A stretch of 64,000 nucleotides of DNA from Callorhinchus milii (taxonomy: Eukaryota): positions 95,606,001 through 95,670,000 of the forward strand of contig NW_024704742.1 in NCBI RefSeq assembly GCF_018977255.1, in the 5' to 3' direction. This document shows, one piece after another, positions 12,516 to 24,789 of the stretch. Within the stretch, counting starts at the first letter, position 1; each line of letters starts with the position of its first letter. The notes below the pieces were generated by a model, which ran no database searches, was not told the DNA's origin, and was given only the letters and a program-made list of their open reading frames with translations. Position numbers and translations under genes: made by a program.

Positions 12516-13448
12516 AGGCTACACTAACCAAAGCACTTTTACACTTGTTTATGTGTCAGCCCAGAATTGGCAGAATTCAGACTTATTGGCTTCCAACAAG
12601 GGCTTTAGAAGCTGAATTGGCTTTCTAGTGTTTCTTTTGCCAAACGTTTAATCCATTAAATGTGAGGTAGGCAAAAAAGGTTGGATGAGAAGCAAATTAT
12701 AGTATTTCATAATTTTGTACCCTCTTTTCTAAATATTTGCTGCCAACAGCAAACTGCACAGACCAGCTTCTGGAGTTAAGAGCTTTAACTCTTCTGGCAC
12801 ACTTTCAGTGTTTGTCATTGTTTTACATCGTAACCTTTTCAGGTTTGGAGTGGAAAGCATTGTTCATTTTATTAGAGAGGTCTCATACAACAGTAGTTTT
12901 TGAGTACTGTTTTCTAAACATTTGCTTTCTGAGCCTTTTTATTGCCATGCAGACTAATCAGAAAGAGCTTTTCAGTTGCTGCCACTGTGTTCCAAAATAT
13001 GGAGACAATGTAAAAGCAGTAGAAACTCGAAATGACCTCCAGTTTGATACTGCATTTACATTGCAGCTCTGAATCTTTAGAGCTCCAATGTAAAGTGGCA
13101 TAAATGAACAAACTGTACCGTAAACCTGCCAGTTTAAAGTCATCTAAGTGTCTAATTACAGTAACTTTTCTTTTGTAGTCATTAATCAACCTTTACACAA
13201 TGTTCTGTCAGCCGTGACCTGACAGCATTTTACTGTTGCTATAGAGACACAAACTTAATAGGGATATTGTTCCTATTCTCTGGGTGGTCTATGTCTTGTT
13301 GAAATCTGATGACAGAAACCCCAGATTTAAAACTTTCAACTTCCATTTGGCACGCCAGACACAAAGACAGTTTAATCATAAACATCCTACTTTACATTTC
13401 CATTTTTAATGGAAGTACTGTAAAACAACAACTACTGGCACTTATATA

Positions 13449-13800
13449 GTGCAGTCCTGTAGCGTAGTGGTTGGAGCACTCTTAAGAGGAAGTGAGAAGA
13501 CTTGAGTTTGATTTCTGGGCAGGGCCAACGTTAGGCAAGTTTCCTTACTCCACTCACCTATGTTTACCTCACAGTAAGTAGAAACCCAATAGTTAGTCGA
13601 TTGGTGGATCACTTTTCCCAGGGTAATAATTCCTTAAAAAAAGACATAATGGCTGTTTGTGGGACACTGTTGTGCACAATTGGCTTCCATGTTTCGCCCA
13701 CAAAATATACAATCAATTCACTTTACAGTATATTCTGTGAGGCACTTCCAGACGTCTCAAAGAGGTGATAAGGCACTATATCAAATGCAAAGATTATCAT
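13449..13800 (+). mobile_element. Older long subfamily of the tRNA-derived SINE, full length
   Basis: Same head as the young SINE plus an extra ~60-bp segment (13560-13623) and the shared tail. Confidence 0.8.
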
Positions 13801-14307
13801 ATAGTGCATTTCACATAGGAAAATAGGTAAAAATGATCCCAGTGACAAAATTGGAGCCCAATCAGGGTAGAAGTTAGGAGGATAGGAGGCTCAGTCAAAG
13901 AGTTAGGCTTGTAGAAAGGATTTGAAATTGGAGCGGGAAGGTGCAAAGTGCAGATCTTTAGGGAGAGTTTTGGAGAGTAGGAGCAAAGTCGGCAAAGGCT
14001 CACTTAATAATGATGGGGCTGAAGGGTAGGATCTCAAGCCTGAATTATCAATGTGGAGGGAGTGGCATGTAGTAAGAACTCAGGACAGGTAGGGTACAGG
14101 CATGTAACAGAGGGTCAGAACTTAAAGTCCTGCGAGGGAAGATGGAGCTAGTAAATCCTGGCAAAGATGTGGTTGGTGGACTTATGGAACTTGGTACAGA
14201 AAATGATATGGATTGCAGAGTTCTGGGTGAACTGGAGCTTGGGGAAGATGGAACTGGGAAGGCCAGAAAGGAGGGCATTGGAGAAATCAAGTCTGGAAAT
14301 GATGAAA
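13801..14307 (-). mobile_element. Old L2 3' fragment
   Basis: - strand encodes FIISRLDFSNALLSGLPSSIFPKLQFTQNSA, followed by a decayed 3' end. Confidence 0.75.
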
Positions 14308-14309
14308 GT

Positions 14310-14778
14310 CCGTATCTCACACCCACAGCAGCCGAAACCCTCGTTCACGCCTTTGTCACTTCCACTTTTCAAATGCTCTCCTTGCTGGTCTCTCCAGTAC
14401 CACCATACACAAAATTCAATAAATTCAGAACTCTGATGCCTGGATACTAAACCGCACAAAACTCCAGACCTCCATCACAACAGTCCTTGCCAGGCTGCCT
14501 CCCAATTACCGAACAGATCGACTTCAAAATCCTTCCTCCATCGTTCCCTATGCACCACCATCGGCGGCCGTGCTTTCAGCCACTACGCCCCAAAGCTGAA
14601 CTGCTTCCCTCAATCCCTCCACCTTACCCCACCCTCCCCACTTTCAAATCCTGCCTAAAGACCTTCGTTTTTGATCGTGCTTATGGTCATCTTCCTCCTC
14701 CTTCTTCCCCTGGCTCGGGGTCAGACTCCATCACCGTCAAGCGCGTGAAGGGCGCTATATAAATGCAAGTTGTTGTTG
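14310..14778 (+). mobile_element. L2 3' fragment
   Basis: YLTPTAAETLVHAFVTS, IDFKIL, FKSCLKTFVFDRAY, then GGCGCTATATAAATGCAAG(TTG)n tail. Confidence 0.85.
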
Positions 14779-15859
14779 AACGTGTGAATGATGATTTGGG
14801 ATGTGTTGGGGTGAGATAGGGATGGAGGGGGAGGGGCAATGTAGCAGAGTACTAATTTGCACATTGTTTGAAGAATGTACAGTACACTATTTTTATAACC
14901 TTGCCTGGTTATAGTAAGAAGATCTGCACTCTACTCTCACTCTCCTCTGATTAATGGGAGGTCCTCTCATGCCATCTATAAGATGCAGTAATAGAAAGCT
15001 TTCTAGTCTCCAGAGCTGTAAGTGAATCTCCTAGGCTCCAAAGTAAGCTTTACTGCAACATGAAGGTAGCCAGGAGATATAAATATTCTGAGGTGAATGG
15101 TTTTATATTAAAGTGCTAATTTTATTTCAGGAATGAGATTTTGAATTAATTTAAGCTTCTCAGTTACATTTGACTTTGATTTAAGAACAATGATGGCAGA
15201 TATGCCAAGGCAGCAAAATATGAGGATAAGAAGTTTTGGGCTTTGAAAGCTAGTTGTAAGATTGACACTAGGAGTTTTCTTACACAGAGGGTAAAAGCAG
15301 CAGGAACAGGCTGCCTGGAAGGATGATAAAAAAATACATTGAACTCGTTGAAGAAACAGCTTGCTGCTATAATGGGAAGATGGTGGGGTGAGTATTCTAG
15401 AAGATAAGACAAAACGGTACAAAGGCGCTCTCCATACAAACTTGTCTTGTGATTTTGCGACTTAAACTGTGTGTGTACTATGATGATAATATTGTGTTGC
15501 ATTTGGCCGAGGTTCTCAGTGGCTCGTCCATGTTGGGTGGGGAGAGGGGAGGATTGGGAATCACTCTCTGCTGAATTAATTTGAGTGGGGTTGGCTGAGC
15601 CCGAGAGGTGGCCAATCTAGGAATGGGTGGCATGGGAACATACCTTCACTGCACAAGGTGTGGAGTAGGTGGCAGATGATGCGAGGGCTGTCGGCTAATC
15701 GGATCTCCAGCATAGTGCCTTTCAATACAACAACAACAAAATTACATTTGTATAATGCCTTTCACGTCAGGAGGATGTCCCAAGGCGCTGGATAGTCAGG
15801 GATCCACAAAAGGCAGGAGCATTGCTCTCCAATGAGATATTCTGTGGATGTCCTCTTAG

Positions 15860-16075
15860 GCATGGTTACCTCAGTGGCAAGCTATGTGGTTTTAGCTGGT
15901 TAGACTTCAGCAGTATCCCAATGCACACTCTGGATTGGATATTGTGCATTTCATTTCAACAATCTATCTCTTGAATTTCCATGTGTAGGTGGGATGCATG
16001 GATCTCTCAGTTTGGTTTTGGATACTCTTAAGCATAATGATGGGTTTCCGCATGTGTCAATCACCCGGCTGATCA
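15860..16075 (+). repeat. Unclassified interspersed repeat (family X), 3' part
   Basis: Ends in GATACTCTTAAGCATAATGATGGGTTTCCGCATGTGTCAATCACCCGGCTGA, homologous to four other copies. Confidence 0.8.
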
Positions 16076-18267
16076 AAAGAAAAGATTGGAATTGGGCCTA
16101 ATGAATTTGATTTATGTATTTTTTCACTGATGGCTGTCATGTATTGATTCTTTTGTTACACCCTGATGCCCTCTACGATATCATAAAGATCAAAGATTTT
16201 AAAAGGAAGACTTCAACCCTGTGTGTTTTCAAACAGAAGAGATGGTAAGTGAGCATACTTTCTATCTCAGGAGAATGAATCTGAAATGAGAATATTTGTC
16301 TTCTATTTTTTGCAGGGTTTTTTTTGCTCTTAGAACATCCATCATTTTTATAGACTGGTTAGAAGTTATTATTTTTTTCCTTTTTACACTATTCCTGCCA
16401 AGATATGGTATTCAGAGAGTAAGCATTAAGTTAAATATCATTTGTGACCCTTTGGATGATAAGAAATCAAGAAAAGACGATCCACTTAGCTTTACCCATC
16501 CAAATCACTCTTTTATCAAAGGCATTGAATCTAAGAAAGGCTAAAAGAAGATTGTCAGACTGAATCAGAGCACTATTAATGGTTCATAGTGTCCATACTA
16601 TACATCTGTTTGATTAAAATGTGCTGCTCTCTTTGTACCTTACATACAGTGTGTTTATCCGGTAAACTGTTGCAGGAATTGTAGACAATAAATGCATTGC
16701 TATCTTTCACTCAAGATATTTGGCTATTTCCCAACTATTACTTGATTCCGCCCAATACCTCGGCATGAAGACAAGAGCATTTGTATTAAGTGTCAGATTT
16801 ATCTTTCAAATAAATATAAAGCAAGATCTGAGCAATGTAACCATCAGTTAAACCAGTGGTGGCCAACCTGTGGTCTGCAGAGCTCACAGGAATCCATATG
16901 AGGTTGGGTAGAAAGTGCCATGCTGCTCAGTTACTGTTCCCTTTGCGCTCCGCTTGCTATTTATTGCTTAACTAACACTTCAAGACACTTAACATTTGAG
17001 TGGAAAGCTTGGATTTACCCCAGTGGTAATCTTTACAGTTCAAACAATTCATTTGAAGCACTTTGAGACATCTCAATGACATTGTAAGACACTATATCAA
17101 ATGCAAGGATTATTATTATTCATTTCTGTGAACAAACATGTATCTTGTCTTCCCTTAATTTTTTTAAAATATACTAAATATATTTAGCAAAGTGTATTTT
17201 ACTCTATTAGGTCTTCAGCACATGGGCTTTATACAACTAATGCTTTGGGGTCTGTTGTCTACCTTATTGTGAACAGCAACAAACAAGCATAATGTGCAGT
17301 ATCTGGAGTGTTTGCTGGTTCTCAGTCTTGCCCAGTGAACAGGTAAGTCATTGTTAGTTTTTATTTTCATTGGCCACAGTTGGATGATTCAGACAATCAT
17401 GTTGTAGGGATTGTTTTTGCTACGCTTCAGTAACTGGAAAGCATTTATCCCAGGAACAGTGTGACCTCCTGCTTCAATGATTATCTAACCCACATGCTTC
17501 AGTGGGTACAGACACAGATGAGAAATCACTCTGCCTGTCTTATTTTGTATGAGTGTGTTTTTAAGAAAAATCAATAATATTCAGTGGACCAAAAAAGATA
17601 CAGTGCTATAAAAGCCCCTGATGTTTTTCCCCAAAGCAAAGCAAAACAAAGCAACGCCTTCTGACAAAAGCACAACATCCTCTCCATTATTTGCGTCTGA
17701 GTAGTATTATTTATATTTTGCAATCTTTTCCTCATTGCAATATCAAATGATCGCAATATATTGGATACAATTATAGGTAATTGGTATTGCATGTAAATCC
17801 TTTATCCAGAATGCTATGTTATCCCTGGGAGTTTGGAAAAATAATTTAAAAAAAACTAATTCTGACTGTCTGCCCCCTTTCCCATTTTTACAAAAATTAC
17901 TGGCAGGTAAAGTGACTGCAAATGTTATGGCATTGGAATTCAGTGAATGCATATTTTGTTTTGTGTTTATATAGATGTGCAATATTAAACTCTGGTGTCT
18001 TTTCCAAATAGCCATGCCTGATAATTCATTACCTTACTTGACTATGGATGAGTCACAGCAAAACCAAAAATGTTTTTCACCTGAATTACACGCATACATA
18101 CATATGGTATGTACATTCAACCAAGATTTCTGCATATATCGACCAGCTTAAGCAAGAATCCAGGCTAATATTTCCTGTCTCTTGTCCAAAGGTTCTGGAA
18201 CCAATTGATGTGCCTCTTCCACCATCCCGGGCTGAAATTCACTAAGTCAACACAGACTGGGAATTGA

Positions 18268-18697
18268 ACAACAACAACAAGATTCCACTTATAGAGCGCC
18301 TTTCACGTCGGGAGGACGTCCCAAGGCGCTGTACACTTGGGTCAGGACCCGAGCAGGGGGGAAATGGTCAGGGTGAGGGGAGAGATGGAAGGGAACGAGG
18401 AGGGATAGAGAGTCGAGAGGGGAGCTGAAGGCTCGGTCAAAGAGAAAGGTCTTGAGACCGGCCTTGAAGGAGGAAAGGGAGGAGGCAAGGCGAAGGCACT
18501 GGGGGATAGAGTTCCAGAGCCTAGGGGCTGAGAGGCTGAAGGCCCGGCCACCGATAGTAGGGCGGTTGGGGCGGGGGATGTGGAGCAGACCGGAGCCAGA
18601 GGAACAGAGTGTACGGATGGGTAGGTAGGGGGATAGTAGGTCAGAGAGGTAGGAGGGAGCAAGGCCGTGAATGGCCTTGTAGGTGAGGATGAGGATT
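18268..18697 (-). mobile_element. Young L2 3' fragment
   Basis: Near-identical to 5498-5935, with (TTG)n tail. Confidence 0.93.
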
Positions 18698-20539
18698 TGA
18701 GACCTTCTTGCATTTTGCAGCTCAGTATATATTTACCACTGAACACCAGAGACAAAGAATTGAGCAATGTGGTGTAAGTGAACTATTGAAGGGGAAAATC
18801 AGTGTTGGACCAATAACCTTTCTCTCTCCTAAATATTCTTATTTTTTCAACTAATGCTTTTTTAAACTCTTCATCTGCTCTATTACAGTTTGGATTTTAC
18901 AAAAAGAAAGTTACTACTTATATGAATATTTCACTATTTCCTGTCCTTATCAAGATATATTGCAGGTTACACACAAGGGGTAGCAGAAGTAATTGAGAAT
19001 TTTTGTGGCAGGCCCTCTGTGTGTGGTACTGACCCTAACCTTACTTATGGGGCGAGGGGGGAGGGGAGGGGAATGGGGGAATTATTATTATTTCACACTG
19101 CTAATTTCATACGAGAATTAACACCACCTCCCACTCACCTTTTTTCATAAGACTGTCTTTGCTTAGATTCAAGAACATTGCAGCGCCATTTTGGATTCTC
19201 AGGTACGAAGGCCTAGGTGGGAACTACCAAGCTAGAGGCAGAATTTGAGTCCAGCAGAAGGGGATATTGGCTTAATTCAGTCAGTATCCCTTTTGCACTC
19301 AAGTGCAAAATTTGACTCTGGGGCAGCATTTTAGCATTGAGATTCTCTCAGACTGTACACTACGCCAAGAAGGAATGAATAGTATAAAATTAGAGTAATT
19401 TCGTAACATTTCCTAATAAAATACCATGGCACAGCTCTCCTGGTGATGCTGCTGTTTGATGTATCATTACCATTTTCACACTCAATTAACCACAACTATA
19501 GCAAGTCGGTACATGGTGACTAAAACACCATTTAAGAGAATTCAGGGGGTAAGACTGACCAAAATAAACCAACAAGTGGTTTAAGTCAAATGTGTGCACA
19601 ATAAAGTGCCACCAGTGATAGAACTACAGTACTTATAAATATACCTACATTCTCAGTAAAATCTCATCCCCAGTGGAAGAAAAACTGAGATCCGTAAATG
19701 CTTCTCACAATGAATATTAGAAACTTAGTCTCGATATTGCAGACGCTTAGTTTTTTTAATGTGAATTTCATTCCTCCCATTTATTGGCTCTCAAATCAAT
19801 GGCATAATCTTGTGTACACATTTCCTATTCCAGGTCACTGGAGCTGTCTGCTTTCTGCTTCTTCACTTTAACTGACAGCAGGTTTCTATCTCCAGTGACA
19901 TTGGAGGCTCATGACTCTGAATTATTTTAGTTGAATGAATTCAATAGGAGACGTTTTACTACAAGCGCTTCTGTCTCAGTGTTAAAAACAGAACTTGCAT
20001 TTTTGGGCAACGTACCATTTCAAAAGATCTCAAAGTGCTTCTTAGTTGGTTGCTGTCCATTGTAGTAACTATTTGCAGACAAACACCAGGGGAGCCATTT
20101 TGCATCAGCGAACTCCTGCAAACAACAATGAGGTGAATGATCGATTAATTTGGCAGATTGTTGGACAACTCAGAAAATTCTTTTCAAGTAGTGTCTTTGG
20201 ATCTTTAATGTCTGCCTTTTTAAGCAAACAGTACATTGGTTTTAAAGTCTCATCCGTTAAAGAAGGTAAACCTGGATCTGACAGCTGAAATTGACCTTCC
20301 TTAAACTCCTTCATGATATGATTTAACAACCAACACAGAGATACAGCAAAATGCCTTTAGGTATTTTTCCATATCAGTGCTTCCATTCTCCAATGTAAAA
20401 TCCCAGAGGTTCCTAAGTATGAAACAGTTGACATAGTGGCACAGTGCATTCCTACTCCCATGTGGTAGGACATGGCTTTGAGGGGTCCATAGGCTGAGTT
20501 GACAACTTGCACTCTGTCACCAGGATTGGCAGGGGGTGA

Positions 20540-21065
20540 GGGCGAAGGTAAGCAGCATATCTTTGGGATAAATTGCCAAGGAGGTAACATGCCTGACAAT
20601 GTAAAACTGGAACCCTCTCCAGTGGTCATGTAGTCCAGTTCCTGAGCCAGTCTACAAGACTCCAAATTGATAATGGCAGACTGGCTCATTAGGAGGACTT
20701 GGAGGAACATATCAGTCATTGGATCAAGGATTTATACCATGCAAGCCAAACTCTATTGGATAAGCTGGTCTTAATTGGATAAGCAATAGGTAGCTTGCCA
20801 TGCTTACAATTGTGTTTTACCTGCTTAAACTCTTGAAGCACCCCAATGCACACTATTGGGTCCTCAATCCTCTGCTCTTGCCAACTTGTGCCTAAATTGT
20901 CCAGGATTAGGTAAGCAGAATGCAGGATTAGGTAAGACAGTACACAATCCATACCAGACACATAATTTGTGGAACCACACATTTATGAAACTTCAAGTAG
21001 TTTGGTTTGGAGACTCTTAAGCATGGTCATGGATTCCTGCATATGTCAAACACCTGGCTTATCAA
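20540..21065 (+). repeat. Family X repeat, long diverged copy
   Basis: Collinear with 51140-51680 (GGTAAGCAG...CATGCCTG...CTGGCTCAT...TGGTCTTAATTGGAT...CTCTTGCCAAC...CTCTTAAGCATGGT). Confidence 0.75.
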
Positions 21066-21810
21066 AATACATCCTTGCACAGAAAGAGGAAATACCAGAT
21101 TCATCCACATTCAAGTAAGGTTGCCATGCTTTAGTTTTAGAAGGCGAATCTAAGGTAGAATAAATATCCAGTTAACCATCACTTGCCATCATTGTAAAAT
21201 ATTAATTATTTATCAACTAGATTCAGAAAAAGGCAGCTGTCAATGCATCAGGAATAACACAATTTGCAGCTCTTTCACGTGAATAGACACTTTTTTCTGC
21301 TGTCTATGCCAATAATGTCAGTTGAAACAATTAATGCCATGTCTCACCCACTAAACCCTATTAGGTAGTAAAATATTGATTGCACCTTCATCGGTTAGTC
21401 CTGTAATCCAGTCTAGCACATGGTTCAGTGCACATGGAAATACATCCGTGTGTGGAAATACCTCCTGGGTTTACTCTATGCTTTACCATCTGTTTTTGTT
21501 CACCTACCAATCATATAGTCACTCTACCTCGTAGTATACTGTGAAGCGCTTTGGGTCGTCCTCCTGACGTGAAAGACACCATACCAAATAAAAGGCTTAT
21601 TATTATTATTGTGCGATATTGCTGTGTGGAAATTGGCTGCCATGTTTGGCTTCAAAGCTTAACTTCAAAGTTAAAACTGAATTCAACAATTTGCCATCTT
21701 CTACACAATCTGAAATGCTACATTAGTAGAGTAGATCAAGACCTAGTTGGAATTTCTACCCACTAAAGCATTTGGAATCATTGGTGGGTGAAAACGGTAA
21801 GAAGTTAGGA

Positions 21811-22125
21811 TAATAATAATAATAATAATCCTTGCATTTGATATAGTGCTTTTTCACGTCTTCTAGACGTCTCAAAGCACTTCACAGAATATGCTGTCAA
21901 GTGAATTGATTGTATATTTGTGGGTGAAATGCTGCAGCCAAATTACGCACAGCAGTGTCCTGCAAACAGTCGTGGATTGAAGTGACCAATTTATTATTGT
22001 TTTTTTTTCTTGAGGGATTTTTATTAGGGGTGTAGAGTAAGGAAACTTGCCCAAGGTTTCCCCCTGGCTGGAAATGAACCCAGGTCTCTCGCTTGAGAGG
22101 CGAGTGCTCTAACCATTGAGCTACA
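21811..22125 (-). mobile_element. tRNA-derived SINE, short subfamily, TAGAA-loop tail
   Basis: A/B boxes, shared body, stem-loop ACGTC-TAGAA-GACGT and (TTA)n tail. Confidence 0.9.
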
Positions 22126-23994
22126 ATCTGGTACATTTCAACATTGAAACAGGCCATTTGGCCCAACTAGTCTGTGTTGGTGTTTAAGCTCCGCATGAGT
22201 CTTCCCCCAATCCCTTCTCCAATATTCTCTATTCCATTCTTTTTTTCTCTATTCTCCATTAAAAAAAAAACGCATTAGGTTAATGGTAAGTAACATTTAG
22301 AAAGCGGTTTCCAATATTGTTCTGATCAATCCTGTACAAATGTCCTGAAAAAAGGCAAAACAAATTCCCTCTGCTCAGCATTGACTTTCCATCCTTTATT
22401 GGAAAATGTACATTCAAACGTGAAAGAAAATTAATTTACTGTGACTCCCTTTCTGGCAAATACATTTTCTGGGTCATTTGCATGCCTCGTGCACAGTAGG
22501 AGGTCATTTTGGTTCAAATATTTCCATCATTGGTATGAAGAGTTTTAAACACTGCTGTGGGTTGTGCTGGTGAATGACAATTCAAAATGAATGGCAATCT
22601 GTGTGGAGACTATTAGGAGAAAAGAATGTTCTCATGATCTTGGGATTGAGAGTGAGCAGTAGTGAGGGAGACAGTAATAATTTATAAAAGTTAAAAATTA
22701 TAGCAAAGAAGGTGGCCATTTGCTGCTAGTAATAATAATAATATGGGTCATATTTATGTGACACACTAAAGGCCTAAAGTACAGAAAGGGATTGTCATTG
22801 ACCAATTTTTCCCAGATAAATTGATTATTTGTTTCATGGTTATTTGTGAGGTGTTGATGTGTGCAAATTGGTTGTCGTGTTTGCCTACAGTTCCGCAGTG
22901 ACTACACTTTACAGTAAATTGATGACATGATAATACGTATATCTAATGCAAGAAGGAAAAATTATTTTAAGTGATTATCAGTGATCAATGGGAGTGCCAA
23001 CATTTTGAAATATCTTCACACCAACCAGAACTCTATTCTCCTGTTCCATAATAACTATCTGATGAAGGGTTCGATCATCTGGAGATCTGGTTTGGCTCAG
23101 TCAATAGTAGTAATGATACAATAATTTGCATCTAGGTGTATTAATAGGTATAATGCAGATGAACTATCTTTTTTAAAATAAAATAATAATAATTATTCTT
23201 ACATTTGATAAAACACCTTATCATATCATCAAAACAATTCAAAGCACTTCACATGATTCACTGCGAAATGTAGTTAATTTGCCTACATCAATATCCACAA
23301 AATGTCATCAGGTAAGTGACAAATTTTATCCGGGGAATGTTAGCCAGGAAGAAGAGAGAAACTCCATTCTCTTTTTATTCTGTTGTCAGTTAAAATAATT
23401 TATGTTTGTTCACTTTATTTCTGTTGATTTTCACATACAGTAAATAGTGCAGTTGAATGCTGATAAGGCAATTGGAGGAATTAAATTGGAGGAGTTATTG
23501 AGCCTGATAACGCAAGGGAGTTGAATTAACATACACTACACATAATTGACATAATTTACTGAAGGACCCTGGGTTAATGATTATTGAGACTAAACTCTGC
23601 GTATCAGTGACTTTTACGCTGATGTACAATCATGTGGAAATGGCAGTCCAGGCATTAAAGGTACCTTAGGCAGTATTAATACTTGTATGTATATTTCAGT
23701 GCAGCTTTAACACAAAATAACTTAAACCTCTGTGAACTGAATACACAAATTGAGTCAATTACTGGGGGAAGATCCAACTAATTGAAGCAATACCCCACAA
23801 GCCCTGCAAGTAACACTTAAATTGGGCTTTTTTGTGCTGACAGACTTCAGCCAGCATGATTCAGGGCAGTGAGACTGTTTTGTATTGTACTGAATTAGTG
23901 TCTTGTTCAGAATGGACATTTTGGACGTGGAAGTAACTATAAAATATATTTAGCGGATATCTAGAGCCTGTCTGTTGCAACTGGCACAAACTGG

Positions 23995-24390
23995 AAAGTG
24001 AGATCTCCTTCAGTTCAGTGACTCCACGCTGACGTCCCTGGTAATAGAATGTCGGAATTGACCCATCCCTCTTTGGTGGTCTTGGTAGTCTAGTTGTTGA
24101 GCCATATGAGTCCACAGTATCCAGGACACAGTTTGGCTTGCAGGTAGGACTTGGTGGAACAGGAATTCTTTCTACTCATCTCAAGTTAACCCTACAAGCC
24201 AACACTCTATTGGGTAGATTGGTCCTGGCTGGACAAGCAGTGAGAAGCTTGCCAGGCATTACTGTCAATCGCAAGCTATGAAGCTTTGGCTGGTTAAACT
24301 CCAGCAGTATACAAACACACACTTTGGGATCCCAAAGTCTTGACTCTTATTAACCTGTGCCTGATATTCCCTGGATTAGATAAGTAGGGT
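23995..24390 (+). repeat. Family X repeat, 5' and central part
   Basis: GTTAACCCTACAAGCCAA...CTGGACAAGCAG...GAAGCTTGCCAG shared with 33280-33655 and 30622-31060. Confidence 0.7.
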
Positions 24391-24404
24391 GCATTTGAAT
24401 GTGA

Positions 24405-24785
24405 GGACAAGGATCTTGAATTCAATCCACTGGGGCTGATGGAGTTGATTGAGGATGGGGTGATGGACTCATGGAGTCTGGTGCCGGAGAGTACACAACC
24501 TGCAGAGTTCTGCATGATCACCACAGTTCTTGACCGCTCCACTGGCTCCCTGTCGCAGAGTGCTCGATTTCAAGATCTCACACTCGCCTATAAATCACTT
24601 CATACGTCATCTCCACACCTCTCACCTCCTCACACCCTATTCACCTACCAGTCTCCTTCATTCCCCTGGTTCCAGTCTTCTTCGCATCCCTCAACCCATC
24701 CACTGTAAGATTAGCCTCCGAGTTTTCAGCCACTATACCGAACCTCTGGAACTCCTTGCCTCATTCCTTCTGCCTTCCCTCATTC
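24405..24785. mobile_element. Two old L2 3'-region fragments in opposite orientation (- then +)
   Basis: - strand gives MQNSAGCVLSGTRLHESITP; + strand gives CTCCACTGGCTCCC...GATTTCAAGATC (LHWLP...DFKI). Confidence 0.65.
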
Positions 24786-24789
24786 TGTT

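Noticed and set aside
13302..13328. CTGATGA-CA-GAAA inside a 7-bp hairpin
   Set aside because: No helix II and no NUH site; the CTG is sequestered in the stem, so this is not a hammerhead fold.
16237..16244. Possible 8-nt micro-exon AG|AAGAGATG|GTAAGT
   Set aside because: Too short to distinguish from chance, and not frame-preserving.
23059..23090. CTGATGAAGGGT, the same start as the hammerhead
   Set aside because: No helix II partner, GAAA box or cleavage triplet follows.
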